Below, piece after piece: positions 1 to 11,956 of a DNA stretch of 64,000 nucleotides. The translations under genes and the position numbers were made by a program. The stretch's first letter is position 1; the number at the start of each line of letters is the position of its first letter. The notes beneath the pieces are model-generated. The model worked only from the letters and a program-made list of their open reading frames with translations, had not been told where the DNA came from and did no database searches. Where the stretch lies: assembly GCF_001447785.1 (NCBI RefSeq), contig NW_015167545.1:631555-695554 (forward strand). Direction: 5' to 3'. This DNA is from Gekko japonicus. Its lineage: Eukaryota.

Positions 1-184
1 CCTTGTTTTAAGTTCATAAGAATGCTTCATGGATCAGATCAGTGTGGGTTCATCCAGCATCCTGTTGCCAACTCAGTTCAAGAGAACCCACGAGCAGGGC
101 ATGGAAGCAATAGCTGTCATCTTTTTATCTCTGTCTCCTCCCCCAGCAACTGGCATTTACAAGGACAGACGTTGGGGCAAATCA

Positions 185-611
185 TAGGGTTGCCAACCTC
201 CAGATGGTGGCTGGAGATCTCCCACTATTACAATTGATCTCCAGGTGACAGAGATCAATTCACCTGGAGAAAAGGGCTGCTCTAGAAGGTGGATTATACA
301 GCATTATACCTTGCCGAAGTCCCTCCCCTCCCAAAACCCCGCTGTCCGAATCCTCCACACATTCAATCCAATACACGTTTATAGCAAAGAAGTATTTATT
401 GAAGTAATGAAGAAAGCTGGTACACAGGAAGGAATGCAGATTGCAGGCTGCTGGTAACATACATGTGCAGTGGGGTCAGGGAAAGCCAGGGAGGGCAGAG
501 ATTGATGTACAAGGTTACACAGAGTTCATTGGCAGCTTGCTGACACCCACTCTCCTCAGGCTCTGCCTGCTGAATCTCCAGGAATTTTCCAGCCTGGAGC
601 TGGCAACCCTG
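185..611. mobile_element. Small MITE with TAGGGTTGCCA termini, interrupted by a short LTR-like insert (343-545)
   Basis: Terminal inverted repeats TAGGGTTGCCA..TGGCAACCCT. Same family at about 13737, 15000, 17146, 18559, 21025, 27170, 27531, 45073, 51251-51830 and 52510. Confidence 0.7.
343..545 (-). mobile_element. Short solo-LTR-like insert
   Basis: TGTC...GACA ends, flanks CCCGC and CCCAC, AATAAA on the minus strand, splits a MITE. Confidence 0.5.
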
Positions 612-1241
612 CAGATCAGCCAACTTACAATGGCGGCACTTGGCTCAGCCCCATGGTGACATTAGTACTATCTGCTACTCCTGGTTTGGTCACATGCGTG
701 CAAAGGCAATACCTACAAGAATAATAGTACCAGCCAAACATTCTTAGAATCGAGCTGCCTGTCACCTTGACTCTGCCTGCAGCAGGCATCCCCACACTGT
801 GTTTAGGAGCAGGTGTAAATTAGGTCTCAGTCCCAGACGACTTCAGCATGATCTTATGCATATCGATTTGAAAGTCATTTCGACTGTTTTGCAGCCTAGT
901 AACTCCTCTAGAGAGAGGAACAGAACTGAGATGAACGTTGAGAAGATACACAATTTGAAATGAAATTACATGTTTCAGTGCTGCCTCTGGGCTTCTTGGG
1001 ATCAGAGAATCATTTTATTTATGTTTGTTCAAATGCCCCCACTGGGACATTTCCCTGTAAGGCTGTATCTGGTTCTGACAGAGAAAGCTTCGCCAGCCTG
1101 GTTTCTCTGCTGGACAGAAGCTGCAATAGGAGGAGGAAGCCAAGGTTAGAAAACAGAAGTTGGCCTTTAAGCTGGGTTCCCCTTATTACCTACCCCCCCT
1201 CCCGACTGAGTCCATTCCCCTTCAAATTCCTGTCTCCTAAC

Positions 1242-1432
1242 CAGTGTTCCCTCTAAGCTGAGTTAGTGTGAGCTAGCTCACAGTTTTTTAGCCTCCGGCT
1301 CACACCTTTTTGAATTTGCTCAGAGCAAACTAATTTATGCAGCAGCCAAATGGCTCGCTCGCAGCTTTAATGCCAGCAGCTCACAAAGTAGAATTTTTGC
1401 TCACAAGACTCCACAGCTTAGAGGGAGCATTG
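1242..1432. mobile_element. hAT-type MITE (CAGTGTTCCCTCTAAG family)
   Basis: TIRs CAGTGTTCCCTCTAAG and CTTAGAGGGAGCATTG. Sister copies at 29772 and 44386. Confidence 0.8.
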
Positions 1433-1529
1433 CTTAACCTTGTTTAATTTATTTCATTAGATTTTAGACCACCCTCCCCTTGCCAAGACTCACGTCGGTG
1501 TACTTTTTAAAACAATAAAAGCACACTAA

Positions 1530-1900
1530 ATTGGCCTAAAAGATGGCGCTAAAACCCTCCTGCCCCTCTTATGTTCATATCGAACGTAGCCCCTCCTATT
1601 TCCAATAGGGGAAGGTAGAGCCAGGCCCCGCCTCTCGTTTCGTCATCGCCCTCGTCCCGCCTGTTTCTCACATGGGGGCGGGGTCAATGCGTCACTTCAT
1701 CCGTCTTTCACGGCGCATGGCGGTGTTAAAACGCGCAGGCGCAGCTGAAGCAAGGTGGAGTTCTTTTTGCGCGTGACCTTGAGAAGAAAGCGGGGGAAGG
1801 GGTTGTAGGCGGACCGGAAGCAGGAAAATACGCACGTCTCGGCGGAGGTGAGGAAGCCGGAGAGAAGAAGCGAGTCGAGGATCCAGGTTCTTGCCGTCGT
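1530..1900 (+). promoter_or_regulatory. CHCHD2 CpG-island promoter
   Basis: CpG-rich. YY1-like CATGGCGG 1716, NRF1-like GCGCAGGCGC 1733, ERR element TGACCTTGA 1774, ETS/GABP CCGGAAG 1814, GC boxes. Confidence 0.75.
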
Positions 1901-1901
1901 C

Positions 1902-1951
1902 ATGCCTCGAGGAAGCCGAAGCCGGACTTCCCGCATGGCCCCGCCGGCCAG
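1902..1951 (+). CDS. CHCHD2: CHCHD2 coding exon 1
   Basis: ATG 1902, [16 protein letters not shown], donor AG|GTAAAG. Confidence 0.95.
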
Positions 1952-4900
1952 GTAAAGGCATGGGGGCGCCAGAGTGTTTTGAGTTAAAAAGGGGGAAAGC
2001 GGGGGGTGCGTTGTGCGTTTGTTGACGAAATAGGCCCAGCATGGCTGTAGTTCTCATTGGGGGGGATCCCAACCACTCTCCAACTAGTCTTTCTCTAACT
2101 AAAAGTGGCTCTTCTTCCAAGGGAAGAGCTATTTAATTTGGGGGAAAGCTCCTTGGAACGGAGAAAGGTTCGAACAGGAGCAAAAAGTAAACGTGGGGTC
2201 TAATTATTTTAGTAAAGCAACTGTGCTCAGCGGAGTGGTAGGATCCACTCCTAAATTTTGGAATGTAGGCCCGTTGACCAGAGTGGAGCCTCCCGTTGCG
2301 TAAAGAAGCGTAGGATTGGACAGTGTTGCCTTTTCCTCCTTTTCCGTGTGCATCAGTGTGGTCAGGGCTATTTATGGGCAGGAACGCACGGGAACGGAGT
2401 TCCGGCTGGCTTCAGAGTTGGCCACGCCCACTACAGCCAAACCCTCTGCGTGCCTGGCTACAAAGGGAAGGCCTGGAGCGTGACCCCCGGCGACTCCGAG
2501 GCAGGCAGGCCAGGGGGCTCCCTGGAAGGATCGGGGAGGCATTTAAGTGCCTTCCCCAGCCTGTCCAAGGGCCAGTTTGCCCGGGCTCCCTGCAGCCACA
2601 GGGTGCTCGGACAAGCCAAGGGAAGGCCTATTATGCTGATGAGTTTCTGCTGGGCTTTTTCCACACAAAAAGCTCTGAATATGGTAGTAGCAAAACGTGG
2701 TGGCTGAGTGTTAAATGATGAATAGCTGGAAGGGAAGTAAAGGGTGAAGGGAACAGAAATGGGGTGATGAAGACATTTGAGGGGCACTCAAAAAGAGAAT
2801 AGAGAACTTGCAGCAGTGTGTGGGGAAGGGGTGTTTATTAATAGGCAGTGTGCTGTTGTAGTTAGTGTTTGGTTAGATCAGGGGAGACTCAGGTACAAAT
2901 CCTTGGGTGCCATCAGTCTTACTGGGTAACTTTGGGCCAGTCTTTCTTGCACAGTTTAACCAGTTTACAGTGTTCTTGAGAAGGTGATGAACCATGTATG
3001 GCCTAACTCTCCTTGTAGGAAGAGTGGCATAAAAATGCTCTAAATAAATAATAATCAATGTTACATGAGGCTTCCTCAGGCTGATCATATCTGCATTTTA
3101 AAATGTTTGGTACATTTTTGCTGGGCAGGTGATGCTAGAACTGGTGCTGGGATTGTATGGGCACTTCCAGAAATGGAACATGGAAGTGCTTTGGACCCTT
3201 GTAGGCTGCAGGGCTGTTCTCCATACTGTCCAAACCCTTGCCTTGGAAGGGCTTATTGGGAGAGGCAGTTCTCCCAATAGGGAAGGCCAAAAGGGGAGTC
3301 AAGGGAGGAAGACAGAGATGAGCATCTTGATCTTTAACTCTCTTCCTTCTAGGATAATTGTTTTTTGCTCCAGGAGAGAACTATGCTGCATTGATTAAAA
3401 ACACAGCAAGCCTTGTACTTTGCCTTAAACAGATAATATGGCTTGGACCTCCAGAGCTCAGTATTAGTGGTACTAGTGGCTGGGTGTTATGAGGTGTCTT
3501 GTCTTTGGTATCTTTCTCTTTGTTAATAAACAGAACTTCTCAATCAGATTTCTGCATTGGTTCTTATTTATCTGCATTGCATGCATGCATCACTATACAT
3601 CCAACAGTTTATGATTCCTTAGCCGTCTCCTTTGTAGGAAGTTCATAGGGCCATACCTGCTTAGCCTTGGTATTGATCTCACATCTGCCTTCAGCCCACT
3701 GTCGAGACTGAAGTGATAAAAAAGCAGGAACGTGGCCTCCTGTTTAAAAACATGAAGATTCTTGCATTTGTTTAATGTTTTCTCTGTCCTGATGAGTGAG
3801 GCAGTTGGGTAACAGGCTGTGAATATTTAACCAGTTTAAAGAGGCAATCTGTTTTGTAACGTCTTCTGTTGGCTGCTTGAAAGAGCTGGTCTTAAGGGCA
3901 TATTCCTGGTAAAATGTTACAGGTATCTCTCTTCTCTAGAGAGAAAAAAAGGCAAAAAAAATGAATTTTGGGGTTCTTGCAAGGAGTATCTGAGCCATCT
4001 GTGATGAGAAGCACACTTGTTGTTGATCAACATGAAGGGAAACGTGTATGCATCCCCGTTTGTGGCTTGAATAGTGGCTCTGTCATGCAGATTTCAAAAA
4101 ACAATTATGTGTTCCAATAAGGAGAGGCAAACTGCGAGTCTTTAAGGGGCTAGATTCACATGAACATAGGCAGATGTTCTGTATGGTTCGCACAGGTGTG
4201 CACCCCCTCCTTGTTTGCACATGGGGGATTACTCATAGTCATGTGATCCTACCCTAAGATTCTCCTCTGCTTTTTATTAAAAGTCGGTAGACACAGTTAA
4301 GTCTTGACCTGGATGGCTCAGGCTTTCTCTGTCTCATCAGATCTCAGAACCTAACCCTGAGAGCCAGTTTGGAGTAGTACTTAAGAGCACAGATTCTGAT
4401 CTGGGAGAACCGGGTTTGATTCCCCACTTGTCCACATGCAGCTGCTGGTGTGACCTCGAGTCAGTCACAGGTTCTTTCAGAGCTCTCAAGGGCAGTTCTT
4501 GAAAGAGTTCTCTCAGTCCCACCCACCTCACAGGGTGTCTGTTGTGGGGAGGAGAAGGGGAAGGAGATTGTAAGCCACTCTGAGACTCCTTTGGGTAGTG
4601 AAGGTACTTGGGATCTGGTTAGTACTTGGATGGTACACTACCAGAGAAGTCCAGAATTGCTACACAGAGGCAGGCAAAATGGCAATGTTCGTTTCTTGCC
4701 TTGAAAACCCCACAGGGTCACCATAAATCAAGTCTGACTTGACAGCACTTTCTGCCACCACCACATGCAGTAAGGTTTTGCTGGTAAACATTCATGTGAG
4801 CAAAGGTTAGGTGCTGGGATATGTGAGGTTTGGTATTTAAATTTTTAGATTAAGAAGCGGGGACAGATCTTGGTTCAAATCCCATCCCCCATGAGTCATA

Positions 4901-7703
4901 TGCTGTCTGTCTAACCTCTACCTCAAGATTTTTGTGAAGATGTGAGAAAACGTTGTATGCTGCACTGAACTTCTTGGAGCGAGGGCAGGATAATAATATA
5001 ATACTGCTCTTTAAATGGGAGGCCACATTTCTGCTTTTTCTTTACTTCTGTTCCACTTTATATTGGCAATAGAGCAAAAGGTTGTTAGCATTTGAAGTGA
5101 GGTCAGCTGTTATAGGAACATATCTCTAGATGTCCTGGACCCTGTTTAACAGGGAAGTCCGTTTAAATCTCATCTCAGTGAGTGGCGGGCAGCTTTGAAA
5201 ATGCATTTTTTCCTTGCCTTCACAGCCGTGCGCCAACAATGCGAGCAGCTCCACGACCGGCTGCACATGCTCCCGTCCCAGCACCTGCCCCTGCATCAGC
5301 AGTGGCTTCTCCTGCTCCCCGGCAGCCTGGCCTGATGGCCCAGATGGCCACCACAGCTGCTGGCGTGGCTGTGGGCTCTGCTGTGGGGCACACACTAGGA
5401 CATGCAATGACTGGAGGGTTTGGGGGCGGCTCTGATGCTGCACGGCCAGACATCACTTACCAGGTAAGTGCGGGGAGGCTGTTTTCTGTTTAGCTGGTTC
5501 TCACAGACTGCAAGTCAAACTTTGTCTTACTTAACTCTTGTACCACCAACAACAACACACACCCCAAAAAGAAATGATGGGAAGTTGCTGGGCCAGCACT
5601 CCTTGTCCAAGGAATGGGTTGCCCAAGGAACTGGGCTTCTCTTTTGGGTTACCAACAGGTTTGGCTGGTAGGATTCAACTTAGGAAAGTTCCTTTGGTGT
5701 CAAAGACAGAAGTGGGAAATAAATGTTCCTTGGAATAAGGCCCCATAGTTGTCTTTATATCAAGGGTATTTGGAAATCTGAAAGAAGAATGCACAACACC
5801 AAATGTTGTAGCCATTCTGCAATAAACTTTTAAAATCTGTGTTGAGAGAGAACAGAATTCTAAACGATGTTAAGAGTAGGTTAGCTCCCAAGTTTCTTGG
5901 TTTGCTTTTAACCTCAATGCTTTAGGAGGACAATGAAGGCAGCAAAGTTTCCAGGCGATACACAACAGAGTTAAGCAAGCTGCAGACCTGTGAAGAATCA
6001 TAGAGAAGGAGACAACTTAGAAATCTCATTCTGCTTTTCAAAATCTCGTGAAGGGTTGCTCGATCAGGTTGATTTCTCGACATATAAACTTCCAGCTGAA
6101 TCTCAGCTGACCCCCAGTGTCCTGAGGTTTATGAAGCATTTCCCACCTCCATCAAGGAAGTTTTTTGTAAAATTACGAGAACCCCTCAAAAGTTGTGTTT
6201 TTCTGCACAGCTGGCATCTCCCCTGAGTAGGCAGAAGCTGCCGCCTTGTTAACCGATGGCCTGATGTTGCCATTGCCATCACCCAGACGGGCCAGCCAGC
6301 TTACGAGTTGGTCTAGTTCCCATAGCAATGGAGATGGAACAAAATAATACTGGCTAATTTCGTCAAAAAGGGGGACACTGCTACATAAACTGGACTAGCT
6401 GCTTTAGGACCAAATGTTGAGCATCCTGCGAGGTACAGTAAAACTGATTTTGCTTTCGTTACTTAGCAGGATGCCTCGCTGGCAAGATGTCAATATAGCA
6501 AAGGCACTGGAATTGGGAAATCTTGCCGCTTTTAGAATGAAAATGTTAAAACTTTTGCCGCATATTCTTACATTTTTGCTGCATGTTCCTTCTGGCAAGT
6601 AGTTACTGGCTTCAGACACCCCTCCTGCCATCTTATTTCTCTTGCACTTCCTCCTCAGGAGCCGCAGACAGCCCAGCCAGCAGCGCAGCAGTCTCAATAT
6701 ACACCTTGCCAGTATGAAATGAAGCAGTTCCTGGAGTGTGCCCAGAACCAGTCGGATCTGAAGCTGTGTGAGGGCTTCAGCGAGGTCTTGAAGCAGTGCC
6801 GTTTTGCAAATGGTAAGGACCATATTTGGCATGGGACAGGCTGTACCAATCACTGTAGAGCTCAGAGGTGAAAGAAATAACAATGATGCACTGATTTGGA
6901 TTAGTAAAATGCCAAAATACTTAGGCTCTGCACTTAAACAGGTGCTATTTTAGAAAGGCTGTACAGTTTCCTGAAGAGTATATGCTCTCTGACCCCAGTA
7001 ACTGCTGGACTCTGGAGGCAAGCTTTCATAGTCAAACCTGGTGCCTTTCTGGCTCTCTCTACAGTTAACTATGTGTGGGGGTTAAACACTAGCAAAGACT
7101 ACAAGTAAGGGCACATCAGTATTTCCTGCAGGCTGGGTACCCAGGCTGCTATTTGGAGTCTTCACTAAAAACTATGTGCCCTACTGTCATTGCCTCTAGT
7201 ACCATTTGGGATCTGAAAGAATGCTGTGCTAAAATTTGAACTAATAACTTCCTTTGTAAGAACTGGAAATGTTTGAATAGATAAGGGTTGCCTTCTTGTC
7301 CCCTATTGCAGGGCTTTACAGCCTTACAAAGCCTGTGGGCACTCTTAGAATTTTGAGAGTGGGGAGTGGGTGTCACCACAAAATGGTTTCTGTGGAGGGC
7401 TGGGGGCCGCTCAGAAAGTGTTGGAAAATTGCAAGCTGAGCATCCTCCTACTATGAAGTCTGTTGTTTCTCTGGTCTCCTGTTCCAGCAATGTGTAGGAA
7501 AGTCCAGGTTGATTCTGCTTTGGGGGAGAGGCAGATGGGCACCAGGAAACCTAGCATTGGGCCAGCGGGCACCGTGTTGGGGATCACTGCCTGATAGGGT
7601 AACACAGTCGTTTGCTGAATGCGTTGAATGATCTCAGGCCATTGGTGTCTGCTGCTCATCGGTGTCCTTCTTTTGTTCTTCTGAATCCACAGGTCTAGCC
7701 TAA
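1902..7703 (+). CDS. CHCHD2: CHCHD2 (MNRR1), mitochondrial twin CX9C protein, 150 aa, whole gene span
   Basis: join(1902..1951,5226..5463,6659..6812,7693..7703). Translation [18 protein letters not shown]...[33 protein letters not shown]...[38 protein letters not shown]. All introns GT-AG with consistent phases. Confidence 0.97.
2363..2678. mobile_element. hAT-type MITE (CAGGGC family)
   Basis: Closely similar to the copies at 22302 and 32103. Confidence 0.75.
4300..4752 (+). mobile_element. 5S rRNA-derived SINE with RTE/BovB-like tail, interrupted by a tRNA-derived SINE (4358-4603)
   Basis: 5S-like head (CTCATCAGATCTCAGAA..GTTAGTACTTGGATGG) and a GGGTCACCATAA..TGACTTGACAGCAC tail. Confidence 0.65.
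5226..5463 (+). CDS. CHCHD2: CHCHD2 exon 2
   Basis: cacag|, hydrophobic [22 protein letters not shown] helix, CAG|GTAAGT. Confidence 0.96.
6659..6812 (+). CDS. CHCHD2: CHCHD2 exon 3 (CHCH domain)
   Basis: ctcag|GAG, two CX9C motifs, G|GTAAGG. Confidence 0.96.
7693..7703 (+). CDS. CHCHD2: CHCHD2 exon 4, coding part
   Basis: ccacag|GT CTA GCC TAA (G-L-A-stop). Confidence 0.9.
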
Positions 7704-7990
7704 CAGAGCTGAGCAGAGCGAAGTCCAACTCTGTTAATGAAAGATGCCTCACTAGTAAAATTCTCTTTTAAAGTCTAAAAAGCTGTCTAGCATTTCTCAT
7801 TTGTTTGCGGCCAGCTGTTCATCCATTCCCCCACAAAGAGCATGGAGTGCTTCCCCCCGTGGAGAGGATTGTAGTGGCAGAGTTCAGCATCTGTTGGTGG
7901 AGGGGTGAGCACCAGGCTTCCGGATTGTATCAACAACGCTGTCCGTCCTTGCTCGTCTGCCTGTTAGTTGTGTGCTGACTTGAGCTGTGG

Positions 7991-7996
7991 AATAAA
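7991..7996 (+). terminator. CHCHD2 polyadenylation signal
   Basis: AATAAA about 290 nt after the stop codon. Confidence 0.7.
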
Positions 7997-9056
7997 AGCT
8001 GAAAACCGTGTCCTGAAGTGCCTGATCTGTCACTAATGGTGGGGGGACTTAAGTTCTTCAGCCTCTTGATTGTAACGCGCAAGAGGTGTGGGAATTTCTG
8101 CCTTAGGCCTTAACTCTATTAAGCGGTGGCCTCATGGAGAACAGTGTTTTCCCTTACTTGCTTCCTCATACGACAAGCACCTACAGTTTTCTTCAATGCA
8201 CAGAACTATCAAAATAAATGGGGGGCAGGAAAAGCTGGAGTCTGACCTGCATAAATTGTAGAACTAGAATAAACCTACCACCTAAGCATCTTAAGTGTTC
8301 TTCCAAACAGCCTGCCAGGTACCAAAAGAAATCAGATGGTAGTGAAATCAGTGCCTTAGAAGGCTTCAGATCTACCACAGGAGGACAAAAGTTAACAAAG
8401 ATGAATCCTTACAGGAGTGGGGTGAAAACAAGATGACTGTATCTTTGCCTGGGCAAATTCTACAGCTGGCTTTGTTTAGGTAAACTACAACAAGATGGAA
8501 TTTGATTTGCTTTTGTGGTTATAAAAGGGGTAGAAGGAACAGCCACATGCATTAATATATTGCTAATAAAACATAGGCTGCATGTAGCATAACATTCTGT
8601 ACCCTGTACTTCCCCACTGAGGGTCTTGAAGGGGCTTAAAACTTAAATACCATGGAAGCAGACCATAAATGCAAACCAAACAAACTTGGTAAAGCAGCCA
8701 AAGTCGTATCTAATAGAATCCTATAGAAGCAGCATTTGCAAAATGCATGCCTTTCTAGATTTGTTAAAGTCTGGTAATGTAGCATCCTCTTCACCTGGTA
8801 CCTAAACAGTAGAATACATGGAGGAAATTTGAGAGAGGAAGTGTGGCAGTGCAGAACTGCCAGCCACCCCATCCTGCCTCCGTTCCAAGGCTACATTAGT
8901 AATTGGGCAAGCTCATATTTTAGCATTGTTAAAGCAGTGGGTAGGACTACAGGTGAGCTAGGATAACTGGTTAGCAACAAATATTCCTCGCACTCTCCTA
9001 AGAAATTCTGGGCTGTACCTCCCTATTAGTATGTTGGAGGAGAGTTTTACGGATAC

Positions 9057-9246
9057 CATTATGAGAAGACAAGAGTCACTTCAAAAGACAATCATGCCAG
9101 GAAGACTTGAAGGCAACATGAAAAGAGGAAGACCCAACACGAGACGGATTGACTCTGAAAGAAGCAAGGTGGTTTATCAATAGTAGGATGTTTTGGAGGG
9201 CATTGATTCATACGGTCGCCATAAGTTGGAAATGACTTGACAGCCC
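9057..9246 (+). mobile_element. RTE/BovB LINE 3' fragment
   Basis: ATGAGAAGACAAGAGTCAC..AAAAGAGGAAGACC..GGTCGCCATAAGTTGG..GACTTGACAGC. Confidence 0.65.
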
Positions 9247-10128
9247 TTAATACGCTCTTCTCTGTACACAACCACTCTTGCATTTCTGATGGTGCAGGTT
9301 TCACCTGGCTGCATCAGTAGGCTACACACAGAGCAAAAGGGCTGTGGGAATAGTCCAATTTCATCTGAAGGCCTGGCTGTGGCAGTGACTGATTATTTCT
9401 CCCCTTGAACGAAGAAAGGGTTAACTTGGAAACAGTTTTCACTCTGGATGGGAAACGGTAAAAAGGGGGAAAGCTGCTTGTAGTTCTGCACGATCTCTGT
9501 AGCAGTGCCCTTTTGTTCTTTATATATTTGGTCATGCAAATGCAGTCTCACGGTGGTGAATCTAGTCCGTTTCTCCTTGAGCAAAACCAACATACCAGAG
9601 CAGATTTATGCATAACTGCCTCATAACTCTGGTGGCTAAACACCTGTCAAAATACTAAGGGAGCTTGCTCTGTCTCCACAATCATACAGTACTTTATGCC
9701 CCAGACTTGTAAAACAAGTGTCTCCCCCCCAAAAAAAATATATAATTCTGCTTCTTGAGTTCAATTTCTTCAAAGGGTCTCTTCTTTCAATAGACACTCT
9801 TCCAGTTTCTTGGGTGGTGTGTCGATCAGCCCAGAAAGCAAATGCGTTGATTGTAAGAATGTGGAAGGAGTGCCAGTCATCACTTTCCCAAGAATGTTAT
9901 CCTGATGGTGTTGCAGCTGGGTTGCAGGGATGGTGGCCAAGTTTTTCTGTGGCCTCTGTTGAAAGGGGTTTTTACTAGCTCTGTTGCAGAAGACTTGTCC
10001 TCCTTTCTACGATGGTGTCCCTTATGGGTTTTGAAATGTACCCTGTCCCAAAAAAGATTATGGTATTGACTGCTGTACCAGTCAAAGTTTAGTACAAACC
10101 AATTTCTGCTCTGATGGTTAGCTTAGGC

Positions 10129-10934
10129 CAGTGGTGTCAAACAGGCAGCCCGGGGGCCGGATCAGGCCCCTGGAGGGCTTCTATCAGGCCCGCAGTGGAA
10201 CTGGCTGTCTTCTGTTTCTTCCAGTTCTGCTGCTGCTGTGTCATCGTAGGTTTGCGGCTTACAGATACACACCTGAACAGCATACTCAAGATTGCAACAG
10301 CACAGATATTTTGATGCAATAATTCAGAGGAAGTGTCAGTTATCAGACACTGTTAAATAAAATCTTGCAAGAATTCTAATGTTTTAAGCATGTTTTTATT
10401 TTAAGTTTAAAAATGTAGACTTTGGTAGGGTTCAGTAACAACACACCACACAACAGATTTCTTGAAGCTACTGATCAGCTCTCTCTCTCTGTACCAAAAC
10501 TGTTTTCTCACAGTCTCACAGCAGCGTTTTTAGAAAACAAGCAGGCTCATACAAGGCACAGTGAAATCGTTACTCTTAGAAGCTTCTAACTAAAAATCAC
10601 ACTATGTTCTTCTCACAGCTCTATTATCCTTGAATGTTGCAAAGTTTTGTGAGTAATTCATTGTGCTCTCAGTAATTTAGCAGACTCATGCAAATTCAAA
10701 AAGACCTTTGTGCATTTTGCCAATCTCCCGGTGAGAACTTGAGAGATTCTCCTGGGCTTGCCTTCATGGGAGTCTCTCATATTCCCACAAAAAAAACCCC
10801 TTTGTGTTTGTGTCCTTTATAAAGTTTATATCTCTGCTACCTGGCATTACATCTTATGACACACATGGCCTGGCCCAACAAGGTCTCATTTATGTCAGAT
10901 CCGGCCCTCATAACAACTGAGTTCAACACCCCTG
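10129..10934. mobile_element. Non-autonomous hAT element
   Basis: TIRs CAGTGGTGTCAAAC and GTTCAACACCCCTG, perfect 8-bp TSD GCTTAGGC. Confidence 0.85.
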
Positions 10935-11171
10935 GCTTAGGCAGACAGTGGACTATTTTACCCATGAGAGAATGTATCATATACTTAGATTTGAGTCCAG
11001 TACCACATTAGAGACCAACAAGAGTTTCAGGGTATAAGCATTAGCGAGTGAAAGCGCCCTTTGTCTTGAATCAGCTGGTAGTGGTGGAGAGAGGCAAGGA
11101 ATGGAATTCCAACACATACACTCTAATCACTGGGAAGCAGGTGCTGTCCACAGGTTTCAAATCACATCTGC

Positions 11172-11415
11172 AAGAGAAGGAGGAAATTGGATTTATACCC
11201 CACCCTTCACTACCTGAAGGACTCAGAGCGGCTTACAATCTCCTTTCCCTCCCCACAGCAGACACCCTGTGAGGTAGGTGAGGCTGAGAGAGGTCTGAGA
11301 GAACTGTGACTGACCAAAGGTCACACCAGCAGCTGCTTGTGGAGGAATGGGGAATGAAAACCCAGTTCTCCCAGATTAGAATCCACGCTTCTAACCATGA
11401 CACCAAATTGGCTAG
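11172..11415 (-). mobile_element. tRNA-derived CORE-type SINE with L2-like tail
   Basis: Same family as 4358-4603 (+), 12586-12740 (+), 33877-34162 (-) and 47921-48205 (-). Confidence 0.75.
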
Positions 11416-11669
11416 CAATTTTTTTTAATTGACAGCTGAGTTTTGCAGCATATATCACATGCTATGGCTTAACCCTGGAGCCCCAGAATACACATCTCTA
11501 CGTCTGTTGGGCATCTATTTCTTGTTTATGAACACTTGATTCTGATCATTTGAAGCAGTCCTGCACTCTTTGAGGCGGTAACCATGACTGCTAGCAGTCT
11601 TATTCAGTGACTCGGAGCTGCGCTGTTGCCTGCTGGTGAGCCTCTGCAGTTCACCTCAGCTCTGGGTCA

Positions 11670-11956
11670 CTCTTCAATAAATACTTCAGGCTGTCAAGCG
11701 TTCAAATCAGAGGGCTTGGAAAAGAGCCCAAGTTGCATTGCAATTTTTATTTTTGGCACTGCAGTCCCCACAGCGAAACCGACGGGCAGTGAATTAACAG
11801 ACGACCAAGGGGCTCGTTTGTTATTGTCTGTCTGAGACACTAAACGTGTCCAATTTGGCTTTGATTCTTTGTCCGCCGGATTACCCACCACACTCCTCCC
11901 CCTGACATTCTGGTCATCGGTGAGAAGAGAGAGGATCCTGAAAGGGAAAGGTTATG
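11670..11956 (+). promoter_or_regulatory. Putative PHKG1 promoter and non-coding exon 1
   Basis: Repeat-free stretch with TATA-like AATAAATA at 11676 and a strong donor ATG|GTGAGT at 11956/11957, upstream of the 13331 acceptor. Inference only. Confidence 0.3.

Noticed and set aside
1692-2120. 142-aa antisense ORF over CHCHD2 exon 1
   Set aside because: Typical stop-poor CpG-island frame with no recognisable homology.
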